The notes under the pieces were generated by a model. It searched no databases and was not told the DNA's origin. It saw only the letters and a program-made list of their open reading frames with translations. The position numbers and the translations under genes are program-made. A DNA stretch of 64,000 nucleotides from Chitinophagaceae bacterium (GTDB taxonomy: Bacteria > Bacteroidota > Bacteroidia > Chitinophagales > Chitinophagaceae). The stretch spans positions 5,245-69,244 of the forward strand of contig JBBAJO010000017.1 of the NCBI GenBank assembly GCA_040404005.1. The letters run 5' to 3'. Below, in pieces: positions 10,216 through 20,063 of the stretch (positions within the stretch are counted from its first letter, which is position 1; each line of letters begins with the position of its first letter).

Positions 10216-11091
10216 ATGAATACTATATTACAAACTGCCGGTAACTACTTTGATTCACTTTTTCATGAAAAGAATGTTCGTAAAGTTGAATTAGCCATAC
10301 TCCGTACCGCGGTTTTTGCTTTCTTGTTCCACCTGGCGATCATCTTCCTTGGCAACAATTTTACTTATTTTAAGCATTTCGAGCATAGTTATCTAAAGGC
10401 GATATACACCCCCTTTAGCTTCATATTACTTTATGAAGTTTTTTTATTGGTAATTATCATTCCTAAGTCTATTTCGGAGTTCATTGGGAAACAATTTGAA
10501 GTTATCACATTGATCACACTTCGAAGTTTTTTTCATGATATTGCCGATTTTGATACAAAGCATTCTCTTGATATCAGCAGCCCTGAGTTTGTCAGTTTGT
10601 TGTACGACCTCGGTGCGGCATTAGTCATGTTGGGTTTCACTATCTTATACTACAAGATCTATCAGAATAATCGCAAGTTGGAAGTTCCGGGGGAGCTCAA
10701 TGATTTTATCAGTATAAAAAAGATAGTCTCATTGTGTATGATTCTGATATTGTTAGTGCTCAGTGTCAGCAGCTTATATCATTGGAGTGCTGAAGTATTC
10801 AGCGCAATAAAACTTGATCGCGATTTCCCAAATCCAAATACTGTTTTTTATACCGACTTTTTCTCCATTATGATTTTTGTGGATGTTTTTCTGCTTCTCA
10901 TCTCGTTTATTTATCACTTTTCTTTTTTCACCATTTTCAGAAATGCCAGTTTCATCATAACAACCATCCTGATCAGAATATCATTGACCGTTGAAAAGCC
11001 AACCAATTATGTTGTAGTATTACTTGGTTTTTTGTTTTCAATACTGTCATTTTATCTCTATAGTTTGAGAAAGGTCTCAAAGGATGCGTGA
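10216..11091 (+). CDS. Multi-pass membrane protein of unknown function (291 aa)
   Basis: About 7-8 hydrophobic segments; conserved-looking YTPFSFILLYEV and KQFEVITLITLR; AT-rich. Confidence 0.8.
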   Translation: MNTILQTAGNYFDSLFHEKNVRKVELAILRTAVFAFLFHLAIIFLGNNFTYFKHFEHSYLKAIYTPFSFILLYEVFLLVIIIPKSISEFIGKQFEVITLITLRSFFHDIADFDTKHSLDISSPEFVSLLYDLGAALVMLGFTILYYKIYQNNRKLEVPGELNDFISIKKIVSLCMILILLVLSVSSLYHWSAEVFSAIKLDRDFPNPNTVFYTDFFSIMIFVDVFLLLISFIYHFSFFTIFRNASFIITTILIRISLTVEKPTNYVVVLLGFLFSILSFYLYSLRKVSKDA

Positions 11092-11302
11092 GCTGTTTAA
11101 TGCGATCTCTTTTAGGATAATCCTGCAGCACGTCGGAAGCACATCGATCGCTGAGCTTCATACCAAGCCGATATTGGATACATGTATCATTCTTGAAGAG
11201 AAGCGTTGTCTTGAAGGAGTATCAGCATGGTTTGAGAACTATATCTGCCAGTTGTTCACGAGCTTCCCACTTTTCCGCTTGCCTTCGCCTGATCAACTTT
11301 AG
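11084..11302 (+). pseudogene. GrpB-like nucleotidyltransferase fragment
   Basis: QHVGSTSIAELHTKPILD resembles the GrpB HIGSTS..GL.AKPIID motif; only 72 codons. Confidence 0.6.
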
Positions 11303-11478
11303 AACCGGCGATGCAGCCCGACTTATCTTTCTTTTGGTGATCGTGTACGTGACCAGGCTGTCGCTGTCTTTTTTGTCGAGCCTTTTGGAGGTGTAAAACT
11401 GAAGAAGTCGCATGTCTATTGCTGGGTACAAAGATTCATTGTCAGTAGCAAAGCGGTGACGAGACATAAGGGTTTCAT
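11222..11478 (-). pseudogene. Relic of a secreted Bacteroidota hypothetical protein
   Basis: From ATG 11478: MKPLCLVTALLLTMNLCTQQ*TCDFFSFTPPKG, then a frameshift into KKDSDSLVTYTIT. Signal-peptide-like start, in-frame TAG and frameshift. Confidence 0.5.
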
Positions 11479-11605
11479 ATATATCCGTTGTTGGATATAA
11501 ACCTATGTTGATATCAGGTGTCGATGAATCCCTTGAAAGGGGAATTTGCCTGTCGATGCGGAGGGTGAAAGGCTATGTGTTGGGGGAAATAAAATAAATA
11601 GATAA

Positions 11606-11640
11606 ATATTTATTGGTAATCAATAAATATACTACATTTG
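11606..11640 (+). promoter_or_regulatory. Perfect 10-bp inverted repeat (ATATTTATTG-N5-CAATAAATAT) next to a Bacteroidota -7 box TACATTTG
   Basis: Arms at 11606-11615 and 11621-11630; TAnnTTTG match at 11633-11640, 25 nt before the DUF2975 ATG. Confidence 0.7.
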
Positions 11641-11665
11641 CCTATCACTTTAAATACATCGTATT

Positions 11666-12214
11666 ATGTCAACTAAAACTGATTATGCCTTCAAATTGCT
11701 TCATGTAGTGTCGTGGATCATCTTCATTGGTCTATGCATAGAAGCCGGAGGTTTTGTATTCAACGCCTTCATCGCGCTATTTGTTACTCCTGAAGGCGCG
11801 AGTAAATTTTGGGTGCAGGTAGATCTTTGGGCATTATTACAACATAACCAAGTTCATTTTGTACAGATCGCAGTTTTAATGGTTATTGTATCCATCCTGA
11901 AGGCACTGATGTTTTACATTATTGTGGATATTCTTGGCAATAAGAAACTGGACCTGTCCAGCCCCTTCAATAAAATAGTTGGTCCTCCTGTATTCAATAT
12001 TGCATACCTGGCCCTGGGTATCGGATTGTTATCTTATTGGGGTATGAAACTTACCCATTGGTTAGTGAGTCAGGGTGTACAGATGCCCGACATACAACAT
12101 CTCAAGTTTGGGGGATCCGATGTATGGCTATTCATGGGAGTTACCCTGTTAGTGGTTGCCAAAATTTTCCAGAAAGGAATTGAGTTGCAGTCTGATAACG
12201 AATTAACCGTATAA
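11666..12214 (+). CDS. DUF2975 family membrane protein
   Basis: Four TM segments; C-terminal IFQKGIELQSDNELTV; paired with a YozG-like HTH gene. Confidence 0.9.
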   Translation: MSTKTDYAFKLLHVVSWIIFIGLCIEAGGFVFNAFIALFVTPEGASKFWVQVDLWALLQHNQVHFVQIAVLMVIVSILKALMFYIIVDILGNKKLDLSSPFNKIVGPPVFNIAYLALGIGLLSYWGMKLTHWLVSQGVQMPDIQHLKFGGSDVWLFMGVTLLVVAKIFQKGIELQSDNELTV

Positions 12215-12217
12215 GCT

Positions 12218-12430
12218 ATGCCAATTGTTGTGAATTTAGATGTAATGATGGCCAGACGGAAAATATCATTAAATGAGCTGTCCGCCAGGGTGGGCCTCAC
12301 TTTAGCAAACCTCTCCATCCTTAAAACAGGGAAGGCAAAAGCCATCCGATTTAGTACTTTGGACGCCATTTGTAAAGCACTGGATTGTCAGCCTGCCGAT
12401 ATTTTGGAGTATGTCAGTGATGAGAAATAG
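12218..12430 (+). CDS. XRE/Cro-like HTH regulator (YozG-like)
   Basis: MPIVVNLDVMMARRK...LANLSILKTGKAKAIRFSTLDAICKALDCQPADILEY. Confidence 0.95.
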   Translation: MPIVVNLDVMMARRKISLNELSARVGLTLANLSILKTGKAKAIRFSTLDAICKALDCQPADILEYVSDEK

Positions 12431-12489
12431 TTTTTTTTCTCATGCACTCCGAATGTTTCGAAATGTTGGATAGATTGATGGGATAAAAA

Positions 12490-14160
12490 ATGTTTTGGAT
12501 GATGAAATATGTTGTTCTCGCAGTGTTGATATTGATCGATCAGGTTTGTTTTGCTCAGCGTGTTGGTACTTATGATATTGTGATATACGGGGGTACTTCG
12601 GCCGGGATAAGCGCAGCCATCCAATCGTCGAGGATGGGGAAGACCGTGGTGTTGATCGAACCTACCAAACGGATCTGTGGATTGACCACGGGTGGGTTGG
12701 GCCAGACTGACATCGGGAACAAGCAAGCCATTGGCGGGATTGCACGCGAGTTCTATCAACAGGTAAAGATTTATTATCAGGAGCCAGAAAACTGGACATG
12801 GCAGAAACCGTCTGAATACCGGGATGGTGGCCAGACCCAAACTGGACCAGGCGAAGATGCCATGTGGACTTTCGAGCCCTCTGCTGCATTAAAGATCTTT
12901 CACCGGATGATCAAGCGGGAGAAGAATATTACACTCGTTTACAGCCAGCGGCTTAACAGGAAGGATGGGGTTAAGAAAAAGAAGGGGGTGATTTCTTCCA
13001 TTACGATGGAAAGCGGTGAGATGTATATGGGCAAGGCATTTATTGATGCTACTTACGAAGGTGACCTGATGGCAACGGCAGGTGTCAGCTACACACTAGG
13101 CAGGGAATCGAACGAGCAGTATGGTGAGACACTTAACGGGGTGCACACCTTTGATACCGCCCGCACGATGACCAACAGGCCGGCAAGAAATTCCATCAAC
13201 CACAACTTTGTACGCGGCGTTGATCCCTATCGGGAGAAAGGGAACCCGGCCAGCGGGCTCTTACCTTTCATCGATCCAAAAGGCCCGGGCGATGAAGGTT
13301 CTGCCAGTAAAGCCTTGCAGGCATATTGTTTCCGGATGTGCTTAACGAACCATCCTGAGAATCGCATACCGTTTGAGAAACCGGCATCATACAATGAGCT
13401 GGAGTATGAGCTGCTGTTGAGGAATTACGAAGCCGGGGAAAAAGGCTTTCCGTGGATCAACTCTGATATGCCCAATCGAAAAACCGACACCAATAACCGA
13501 CTGGGCTTCTCTACTGATTTCATTGGGCAGAATTATGATTATCCGGAGGCAACATACTCAGAAAGGGATGCGATCGCTGAACGTCATCGCAACTACCAGA
13601 AAGGGTTAATGTGGACGCTGGCCTACCACCCACGTATGCCGGAACATATCCGGAATGAGGTATCGAAATGGGGCATGTCGAAAGACGAGTTCACTGAAGG
13701 GCAGGGCTGGCAGGAGCAATTGTATGTGCGTGAAGCGCGCCGGATGGTAGGTAGTACCGTAATGACCCAGTATCATTGTGAAGGTTTGACCGTTGTGCAG
13801 GACCCCGTGGGTTTAGCTGCCTATGGAATGGACTCGCACCATATTCAGCGATATGTAACTAAAGAAGGATTTGTAAAAAATGAAGGGAATGTTGAGGCCT
13901 ATGTTAAGGGGCCTTACCCGATCAGTTACGGAGCCATCGTACCCAAAGAAAAAGAATGTAAAAATCTGCTGGTACCGGTTTGCTTAAGTGCTACACATAT
14001 TGCGTTTGGCTCTATTCGTATGGAGCCGGTCTTTATGGTATTGGGACAGTCGGCAGCCATCGCGGCATCCATGGCCATCGACAAGAATATTGCCGTTCAA
14101 AAACTCAATTATGAGGAGTTGCAGAAAGCCCTGGTTGGATATCAGCAACGGATGAAGTAA
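12490..14160 (+). CDS. Secreted FAD-dependent oxidoreductase (FAD_oxidored type)
   Basis: [11 protein letters not shown] dinucleotide-binding fold, [32 protein letters not shown]; the true start may be 12499 or 12502. Confidence 0.85.
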   Translation: MFWMMKYVVLAVLILIDQVCFAQRVGTYDIVIYGGTSAGISAAIQSSRMGKTVVLIEPTKRICGLTTGGLGQTDIGNKQAIGGIAREFYQQVKIYYQEPENWTWQKPSEYRDGGQTQTGPGEDAMWTFEPSAALKIFHRMIKREKNITLVYSQRLNRKDGVKKKKGVISSITMESGEMYMGKAFIDATYEGDLMATAGVSYTLGRESNEQYGETLNGVHTFDTARTMTNRPARNSINHNFVRGVDPYREKGNPASGLLPFIDPKGPGDEGSASKALQAYCFRMCLTNHPENRIPFEKPASYNELEYELLLRNYEAGEKGFPWINSDMPNRKTDTNNRLGFSTDFIGQNYDYPEATYSERDAIAERHRNYQKGLMWTLAYHPRMPEHIRNEVSKWGMSKDEFTEGQGWQEQLYVREARRMVGSTVMTQYHCEGLTVVQDPVGLAAYGMDSHHIQRYVTKEGFVKNEGNVEAYVKGPYPISYGAIVPKEKECKNLLVPVCLSATHIAFGSIRMEPVFMVLGQSAAIAASMAIDKNIAVQKLNYEELQKALVGYQQRMK

Positions 14161-14234
14161 GATCAGATCAGGTATCAGTTTTGAAAATATTCATTTTGTC
14201 CTAAACAAAGAGAACATACAGGCGTTTTATAGAC

Positions 14235-15026
14235 ATGAGATCTGGAATTGAGGCTTTACAACATGAAATTAGAGCAGAACGGGACTTGCTTCTCCAACAC
14301 CCGATTTACCAAAGCATACGGAATCTGGAAGGTTTGCAGAAGTTCACAGGCTTACACGTGTTTGCCGTCTGGGACTTCATGAGCCTGCTGAAATCGCTGC
14401 AGATTGGCTTGACTTCCGTGTCTATCCCCTGGCGGCCGGTAGGGGCTGCTGAAACACGCTACCTGATCAATGAGATCGTGCTGGGCGAGGAGTCCGATGT
14501 GGACGAATACGGCCGCAGGATCAGCCATTTCGAACTCTATGTGAGAGCCATGGAGCAGATGGGGGCCAGTACTGCCGGTATACATGCTTTGCTGCAAGAT
14601 CTTGAAAGTTCGGGGGATGTTATCGCCGTGATAGAAAAAGCGAACATACATCCAAACATCAAAGCCTTCCTGAGTTACACATTTGAGATCGTATTGTATG
14701 CTCCCCTTCATGTAAAGGCGGCTGTATTCACTTTTGGCCGAGAGGATCTCATTCCGTCCATGTTCATGAGGCTGTTGGAACAATTGTATGTTGAAACACC
14801 CGGGAAGGTGTCTACGTTCAAATACTACGTGGAGCGCCATATTGAGGTGGACGGCGATCATCACAGCAAACTGGCCATAGATATGGTGTCAGAACTATGT
14901 GGTGATGACGAAAGCAAATGGACGGAGGCGGCTTCTGCTGCAAAGAAGGCTCTGCAGATGAGATACCTGTTGTGGGACAGCTTTCCCCTGAAGGCCATAC
15001 CAGCAGACCTTACCATGAGGGAATGA
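14235..15026 (+). CDS. DUF3050 family heme-oxygenase-like (HDO) protein
   Basis: HVFAVWDFMSLLK, NEIVLGEESD, SHFELY, FTFGREDLIP and RHIEVDGDHH motifs. Confidence 0.9.
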   Translation: MRSGIEALQHEIRAERDLLLQHPIYQSIRNLEGLQKFTGLHVFAVWDFMSLLKSLQIGLTSVSIPWRPVGAAETRYLINEIVLGEESDVDEYGRRISHFELYVRAMEQMGASTAGIHALLQDLESSGDVIAVIEKANIHPNIKAFLSYTFEIVLYAPLHVKAAVFTFGREDLIPSMFMRLLEQLYVETPGKVSTFKYYVERHIEVDGDHHSKLAIDMVSELCGDDESKWTEAASAAKKALQMRYLLWDSFPLKAIPADLTMRE

Positions 15027-15036
15027 TAATGGAAGA

Positions 15037-15561
15037 CTAAGAAGCAATTTGCCGCTTCATCATCATATCGATCTGTTCATCATCGCCCAACATAAAAACG
15101 TGCTTATCAAATTCAACGAACCCGTTTTTCTTATAGAAATTGATCGCCCTTGTGTTTTCTTCCCACACGCCTAACCAAACGTAATCGGCATTTTTTTCGG
15201 TAGCCACCTGGATCGCTTTGTCGTACAACCGTTGGCCTACATGCCTGCCCTGGAATTCCTTTAAAACATAGATCCGTTCAATTTCAACAGCTTTACTGTC
15301 TTTCAGTTCAGTTTGTGACTCGCCAAAATTCAGTTTTAAATATCCGATTAGATTCTCATCCGATAACGCGAAATAAAATACGGAATGCGGATCGTTTAAT
15401 TCAGTAGTCAGCTTTTCCATCGAGAGGCCTTCGTTGAGATATTTTGCCATATTCTCGGCAGTATTGCCTTCGCGGAAAGTCTCATAAAATGTTTGTTTGC
15501 TGATTTTCTGTAAATCATCAATATCTGTAATGGTTGCTTCTCTAATGCCGATCCTGGTCAT
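15037..15561 (-). CDS. GNAT N-acetyltransferase (PaiA-like)
   Basis: GYLKLNFGESQTE, EIERIYVLKEFQGRHVG and WLGVWEENTRAINFY motifs. Confidence 0.9.
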   Translation of the reverse strand: MTRIGIREATITDIDDLQKISKQTFYETFREGNTAENMAKYLNEGLSMEKLTTELNDPHSVFYFALSDENLIGYLKLNFGESQTELKDSKAVEIERIYVLKEFQGRHVGQRLYDKAIQVATEKNADYVWLGVWEENTRAINFYKKNGFVEFDKHVFMLGDDEQIDMMMKRQIAS

Positions 15562-15849
15562 CCTGCAAAGCTATATCAAAGTGAGAATACCTGATATTCG
15601 TTTGGGCTCAAGTCATAATGCAAGAGGCCTACCGGGGCGATATATCCTTTCTGCATAGGTTCCTGTCTCGGTACTTACGGTTAACCCTATAGCGCTGACA
15701 GATCTAATCCTCATGGTTCGGATCCCAGTATGTCGGGGCAAAAAGCAGCCCTCCGCCCAACAATCAGAAAGAATCATTCGGGGGATTTAAAAGATCGGTA
15801 AGGAGCTGTCTGATATAAATCTTGCATTAGAAATATTTTGCCTATTCGT

Positions 15850-18800
15850 TTATTTAAACTCCGGCAACCTGCCCGGCGTATAGGGTGCCTTTAGCTTATC
15901 TAATGCTGCTTCCAGTTTCTGTATCTCCTCACCAATGGATTTTACTTCCTGGTAAACAGGGCGGAATTTCTTTTCCACCAGATCATAATCATCCTGGTAC
16001 GCCGCAGGATCGGCGGACGTCGATGACCACAGCGCTCCTGTAATTCTTCCAAGTCGTTGATTGATGGAAGGAACCGTTTCAAACTCACGGCCGGATTTAG
16101 TACGATCACCATTGATGGCTGTACCGGCTGCATCCAAGCGCTTCTCTATGGAAATAAATTGTTGAGAAAGTTCAAGGGGGATCGATCCGGTCTTTTGAAG
16201 AGCGGCTTTCAGGTAGTTCAATTTGTTCACCTGTTCACGCCGGTACTCCTCCGTACCGGAAACCACACGCCGCAATTCAGCCACCTTCGCGGTGAGCGCA
16301 CCCATGGCTTTTTTATCCCCTGTCTGGATACTACCCGCAGCAAGTGGAACTGCTTTAAAGGCAACTGGCTCTGAGAGTGTACTATATATCCCATCTTCAA
16401 ATTTATCCAGGCTGACTTTGTAGTTCCCGGGTAATGCCATGTGGCCGAGATCGGGCGAACTGAATGCAAATGATTCGTCGAAGCTGGCAAAACTGACCGG
16501 GCCCGTAGATTCATGCCTGAAATCCCAGGTGATCCTGTTCATACCTTTTTTAGCGGGTGCTTTGATTCGTCTTACCACCGCGCCAGTTTCATCTGTAATG
16601 GTGAATAGCAAATGAGGCTCTGGCTGCGCATCTTCCAACTTCAGCGAATCGAACGATGGGTAATAGACGGGCTGCTTGTTCTTGGTCAACTCCACTTCTT
16701 TCTCTTTTCGTTTTTCTTTGATCGTTTTAATATCGTTCTTCAAATAGTAGGTAAATGTTGCGCCAACAGGCGGGTTCGGCGTGGTATAGAAACTCTCGCC
16801 CTGAAATCCTTTTCCCCGGACACCTAATGTCATTGATGGAATAAACATGAGCGCGTCTTTTACCGGATAGATCACGGCTTCTTTTTGCAGGTCTTCCACT
16901 TTCATATTCCTGAGTGGCGTATAATCGTCCAAAACATAAAATCCCCGTCCGAACGTGGCCAGTACCAAGTCGTTCTCTCTTTTTTGAATCTCCAGATCCC
17001 TTACGGCAATGGTGGGGAGATCGCCTTTTAGTTGTATCCAATTGATACCGCCGTTGATGGTAGTGAACAGTCCGAATTCAGTGCCCACAAATAATAAATT
17101 TTTATTGACATGATCTTCCGCTACGGTATATACCGATCCTCTTTCTGGAAGGTTATTTTGTAATGCCGTCCAGGTTTTACCCGCGTCACTGCTTTTGTAG
17201 AAGTAAGGTTTGAAGTCGCCATAACGATGTTGGTTGAATACCACGTAGACGGTGTTCTTATCATGCTGAGAAGCAAGTAACTGGTATACGTAGGCGTTAG
17301 TAGGAACGCCGGCGGGATTTGTCATAGTGGTCCATGATGTTCCTCCATTCGTAGTTACATGAAGGGCGCCATCGTCTGTTCCAGCATATAACAGTTGCTG
17401 ATCCAACGGTGATTCGCTCAACGTAGTAATATTGCCATAAATATCAGTAGAACCGTTTTTCGCAACCGCATCTACACTCCATACCCTGCCCATCACTTCC
17501 ATCTTGTTCCTGTCGAGCTGCTTGCTCAGGTCAGGACTGATCACTTTCCAGTTATTCCCCCTGTCGTCTGACCGGAATACTTTATTGGCGGCGTGATAGA
17601 TCCGTTTGTTATCGAAGCGGGAAATGACCAGGGGTGCATCCCAGTTCCACCTGTAGGCGGGCTCATCATCCCGCTCCTGGGCTTTTATAGACAACATCTC
17701 GCCCGTTTTACGGTCGTACCGCACCAATCCGCCATATTGTGATTGGGCATAGATGATGTTGGGATCCGATTGATCCACCTGGGTTTCAAAACCATCACCG
17801 AGACTGGTGAAATACCAGTCAGAGTTCATAATTCCATTGGCACTTATAGTTCTCGAGGGACCTCCAATGGAGAAATTATCTTGCGTGCCACCGTGAATAT
17901 GGTAAAATGGAGAAGCATTATCGGTAGCTACTTTATAGAATTGTGTAACGGGAAGGTTGGGTTTGAATATCCAGTTGTTTCCTGCATCAAAAGATTCATA
18001 TAGTCCGCCATCGCATCCCACCAGGAAATGGTCCGTATTGGCGGGATCTATCCAGATCACGTGATTGTCTATGTGTTTGCTTTTCTCACCGAGGATTTGG
18101 AAAGTTTTGCCGCCATTGTTACTTACCTGCAGATAGGTGTCCATGGCAAAGATCTTATTGACGTCTTTCGGATCGCAGAACAGTCGTTGGTAATAGTTAC
18201 CCGAAGTTGACACTGAGCTCTGCTTCTGCCAGCTCTGGCCGCGGTCCAGCGACACGAAGGTTCCCCCTCCTTCTCGGGCTTCGATCATGGCATAGAGCAC
18301 ATCCGGATTTACAGGAGAGATGGAGATGGTTATTCTGCCCACATCGCCGGAAGGCAAACCGCTGGTCAGTTTTGTCCAGGTTTGACCAAAATCTGTGCTT
18401 TTATATAACGCTGACTCGGGGCCTCCGCCGATATAAGTAAATACTTTCCGTTGCCGTTGGTGGGCAGTGGCATAAAGGGTCCTGGAATTGCGGGGATCCA
18501 TATGGATCTCTGAAAATCCGGTATGTTCGCTCACATAAAGGACGTTGTTCCAGGTTTTCCCGCCGTCAGTGGTTTTATAGATCCCCCGCTCTCCGCCTGA
18601 GCTCCACAAGGGCCCATAGGCTGCCACGTAAACCACATCCCCGTCCGTGGGATCAATCACCAGGCTGCCAATATGTTCAGACTGCTTAAGGCCCATATTT
18701 TTCCAGCTTTTGCCTCCATCTTCCGACTTGTACAGGCCATCTCCATAGGCCACACTACGTTGGTTATTGCCTTCGCCTGTGCCCACCCAAACTACATTGG

Positions 18801-19143
18801 GATTGGTGGGGTCCAGTGCCACACAACCGATGGAATACGAACCCTGGGCATCAAAAACAGGTGTAAACGTCGTTCCGGCGTTAGTGGTTTTCCAGACGCC
18901 TCCTGATGCCACGGCGACATAATATTCGCTGGGGTTTGACGGGTTAACGGCAAGGTCTGCCACCCTGCCGGATGTGATAGCAGGACCGATGCTTCGCAGT
19001 TTCAACGCATTGAGCGTAGCCGAGTTTAAAGGATAAGCAGGTTGTGCAGGTTGTTTTGATTCCTTTGGCTTCTTTTGCGCAATGGAGAACAGCGAGATGG
19101 TCAGGAAGATGGCCGAAGCCAGAACCTTTACTTGAATTGTCAT
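15850..19143 (-). CDS. BNR/VPS10 (sortilin-like) repeat protein, secreted, 1097 aa
   Basis: Signal peptide; LRSIGPAITSGRV; many Asp-boxes (TTNAGTTF, SEDGGKSW, TTDGGKTW, STDFGQTW, SDDRGNNW, SSDAGKTW). Confidence 0.9.
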   Translation of the reverse strand: MTIQVKVLASAIFLTISLFSIAQKKPKESKQPAQPAYPLNSATLNALKLRSIGPAITSGRVADLAVNPSNPSEYYVAVASGGVWKTTNAGTTFTPVFDAQGSYSIGCVALDPTNPNVVWVGTGEGNNQRSVAYGDGLYKSEDGGKSWKNMGLKQSEHIGSLVIDPTDGDVVYVAAYGPLWSSGGERGIYKTTDGGKTWNNVLYVSEHTGFSEIHMDPRNSRTLYATAHQRQRKVFTYIGGGPESALYKSTDFGQTWTKLTSGLPSGDVGRITISISPVNPDVLYAMIEAREGGGTFVSLDRGQSWQKQSSVSTSGNYYQRLFCDPKDVNKIFAMDTYLQVSNNGGKTFQILGEKSKHIDNHVIWIDPANTDHFLVGCDGGLYESFDAGNNWIFKPNLPVTQFYKVATDNASPFYHIHGGTQDNFSIGGPSRTISANGIMNSDWYFTSLGDGFETQVDQSDPNIIYAQSQYGGLVRYDRKTGEMLSIKAQERDDEPAYRWNWDAPLVISRFDNKRIYHAANKVFRSDDRGNNWKVISPDLSKQLDRNKMEVMGRVWSVDAVAKNGSTDIYGNITTLSESPLDQQLLYAGTDDGALHVTTNGGTSWTTMTNPAGVPTNAYVYQLLASQHDKNTVYVVFNQHRYGDFKPYFYKSSDAGKTWTALQNNLPERGSVYTVAEDHVNKNLLFVGTEFGLFTTINGGINWIQLKGDLPTIAVRDLEIQKRENDLVLATFGRGFYVLDDYTPLRNMKVEDLQKEAVIYPVKDALMFIPSMTLGVRGKGFQGESFYTTPNPPVGATFTYYLKNDIKTIKEKRKEKEVELTKNKQPVYYPSFDSLKLEDAQPEPHLLFTITDETGAVVRRIKAPAKKGMNRITWDFRHESTGPVSFASFDESFAFSSPDLGHMALPGNYKVSLDKFEDGIYSTLSEPVAFKAVPLAAGSIQTGDKKAMGALTAKVAELRRVVSGTEEYRREQVNKLNYLKAALQKTGSIPLELSQQFISIEKRLDAAGTAINGDRTKSGREFETVPSINQRLGRITGALWSSTSADPAAYQDDYDLVEKKFRPVYQEVKSIGEEIQKLEAALDKLKAPYTPGRLPEFK

Positions 19144-19259
19144 AATCAGAAAGATTGGTCCTTCTAAATTATGGCATTTGACAATGGGATCGACTTGCCG
19201 CTACCACTAACCTCTCTTGTAAATGATCTTCCCTTCATTAATGGTTTGTTGCACTTTGA

Positions 19260-19862
19260 TCAGCGCCTAATACGCCACCTTCCCGGCTTATCCTGTTGAC
19301 AGCACTCCAAAGCATGAAGAATAAGGGGTGCCAAATCAAAATCCGTGTGGTTGGCGGGGCGCAGCCCTGCATCAATAGCATCACGCATGGGACTCAGGTA
19401 AGAGGCCTGTTTCAGACCGCGTTTTTGCTTATGGGCCGTGGCAAAATAGAAAGTATATTCAGTATAGAAGGAAGGATCTTGTATTTTACAAATTTCGCAA
19501 TATGATCCTTCCGCGTTCAACAACTTTCCATTGGGCATGGCGTTCTCATCGTAGCCATAAGCCTGAATGAGCTCACCGGGTTGCACATTTTTACCTTTGG
19601 CGAATTTTTGTAAGGAAGCGATGATGCCGGCAACATCTGAATCCGGTCCGGCAGGGGGCGCATAACAATTGGCCTGGTTAGCCACGGTCAGGGAGCTGTT
19701 ATCATGGCTATGGCCATCCAGGAATGCCGGCAAAAGGATTTTTCTCTGGAGATCAATCATTTCTGTGTTGTCGCCGGCAAGTTTTCGAGCCTCGTCCAAA
19801 TTACCCACGAAGATGAACTTTCCATCTTTATACGCTACTGATTCAGCATAAGTAGCGGAATC
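19260..19862 (-). pseudogene. Amidohydrolase_3 (YtcJ-like) remnant with a large internal deletion
   Basis: In-frame AESVAYKDGKFIFVG and LLPAFLDGHSH (metal HxH) joined almost directly to the C-terminal SPMRDAIDAGLRPANHTD; about 200 codons against about 550 expected. Confidence 0.75.
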
Positions 19863-20063
19863 TCTTGCCGTCTAAAAGTTACGATCAGTGAAAAGAGCAG
19901 CAAGGAGCTGAATGAAATAATGTAAATAATCTCGGTGCTCGAAAAATCCATTGGTTAGAAGGTTTGAGTTGGATGTTTTGCCTTCAATATACAGGAACTT
20001 CTTTCGAGACCAAAATTCGTCTTCATCGCATTCTTGTGAGCGTGCGTGGACACCATTGAGGTG

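Noticed and set aside
15715-15726. GGTTCGGATCCC, resembling a tRNA T-loop, in a 290-bp intergenic region; also considered as a riboswitch
   Set aside because: No acceptor stem, D-arm or anticodon arm could be folded, and no TPP, SAM or cobalamin core motifs were found on either strand.
19835-19951. 38-aa hydrophobic ORF MDFSSTEIIYIISFSSLLLFSLIVTFRRQE... downstream of the photolyase
   Set aside because: It overlaps the amidohydrolase relic and has no coupling or other support; it may be a chance ORF.
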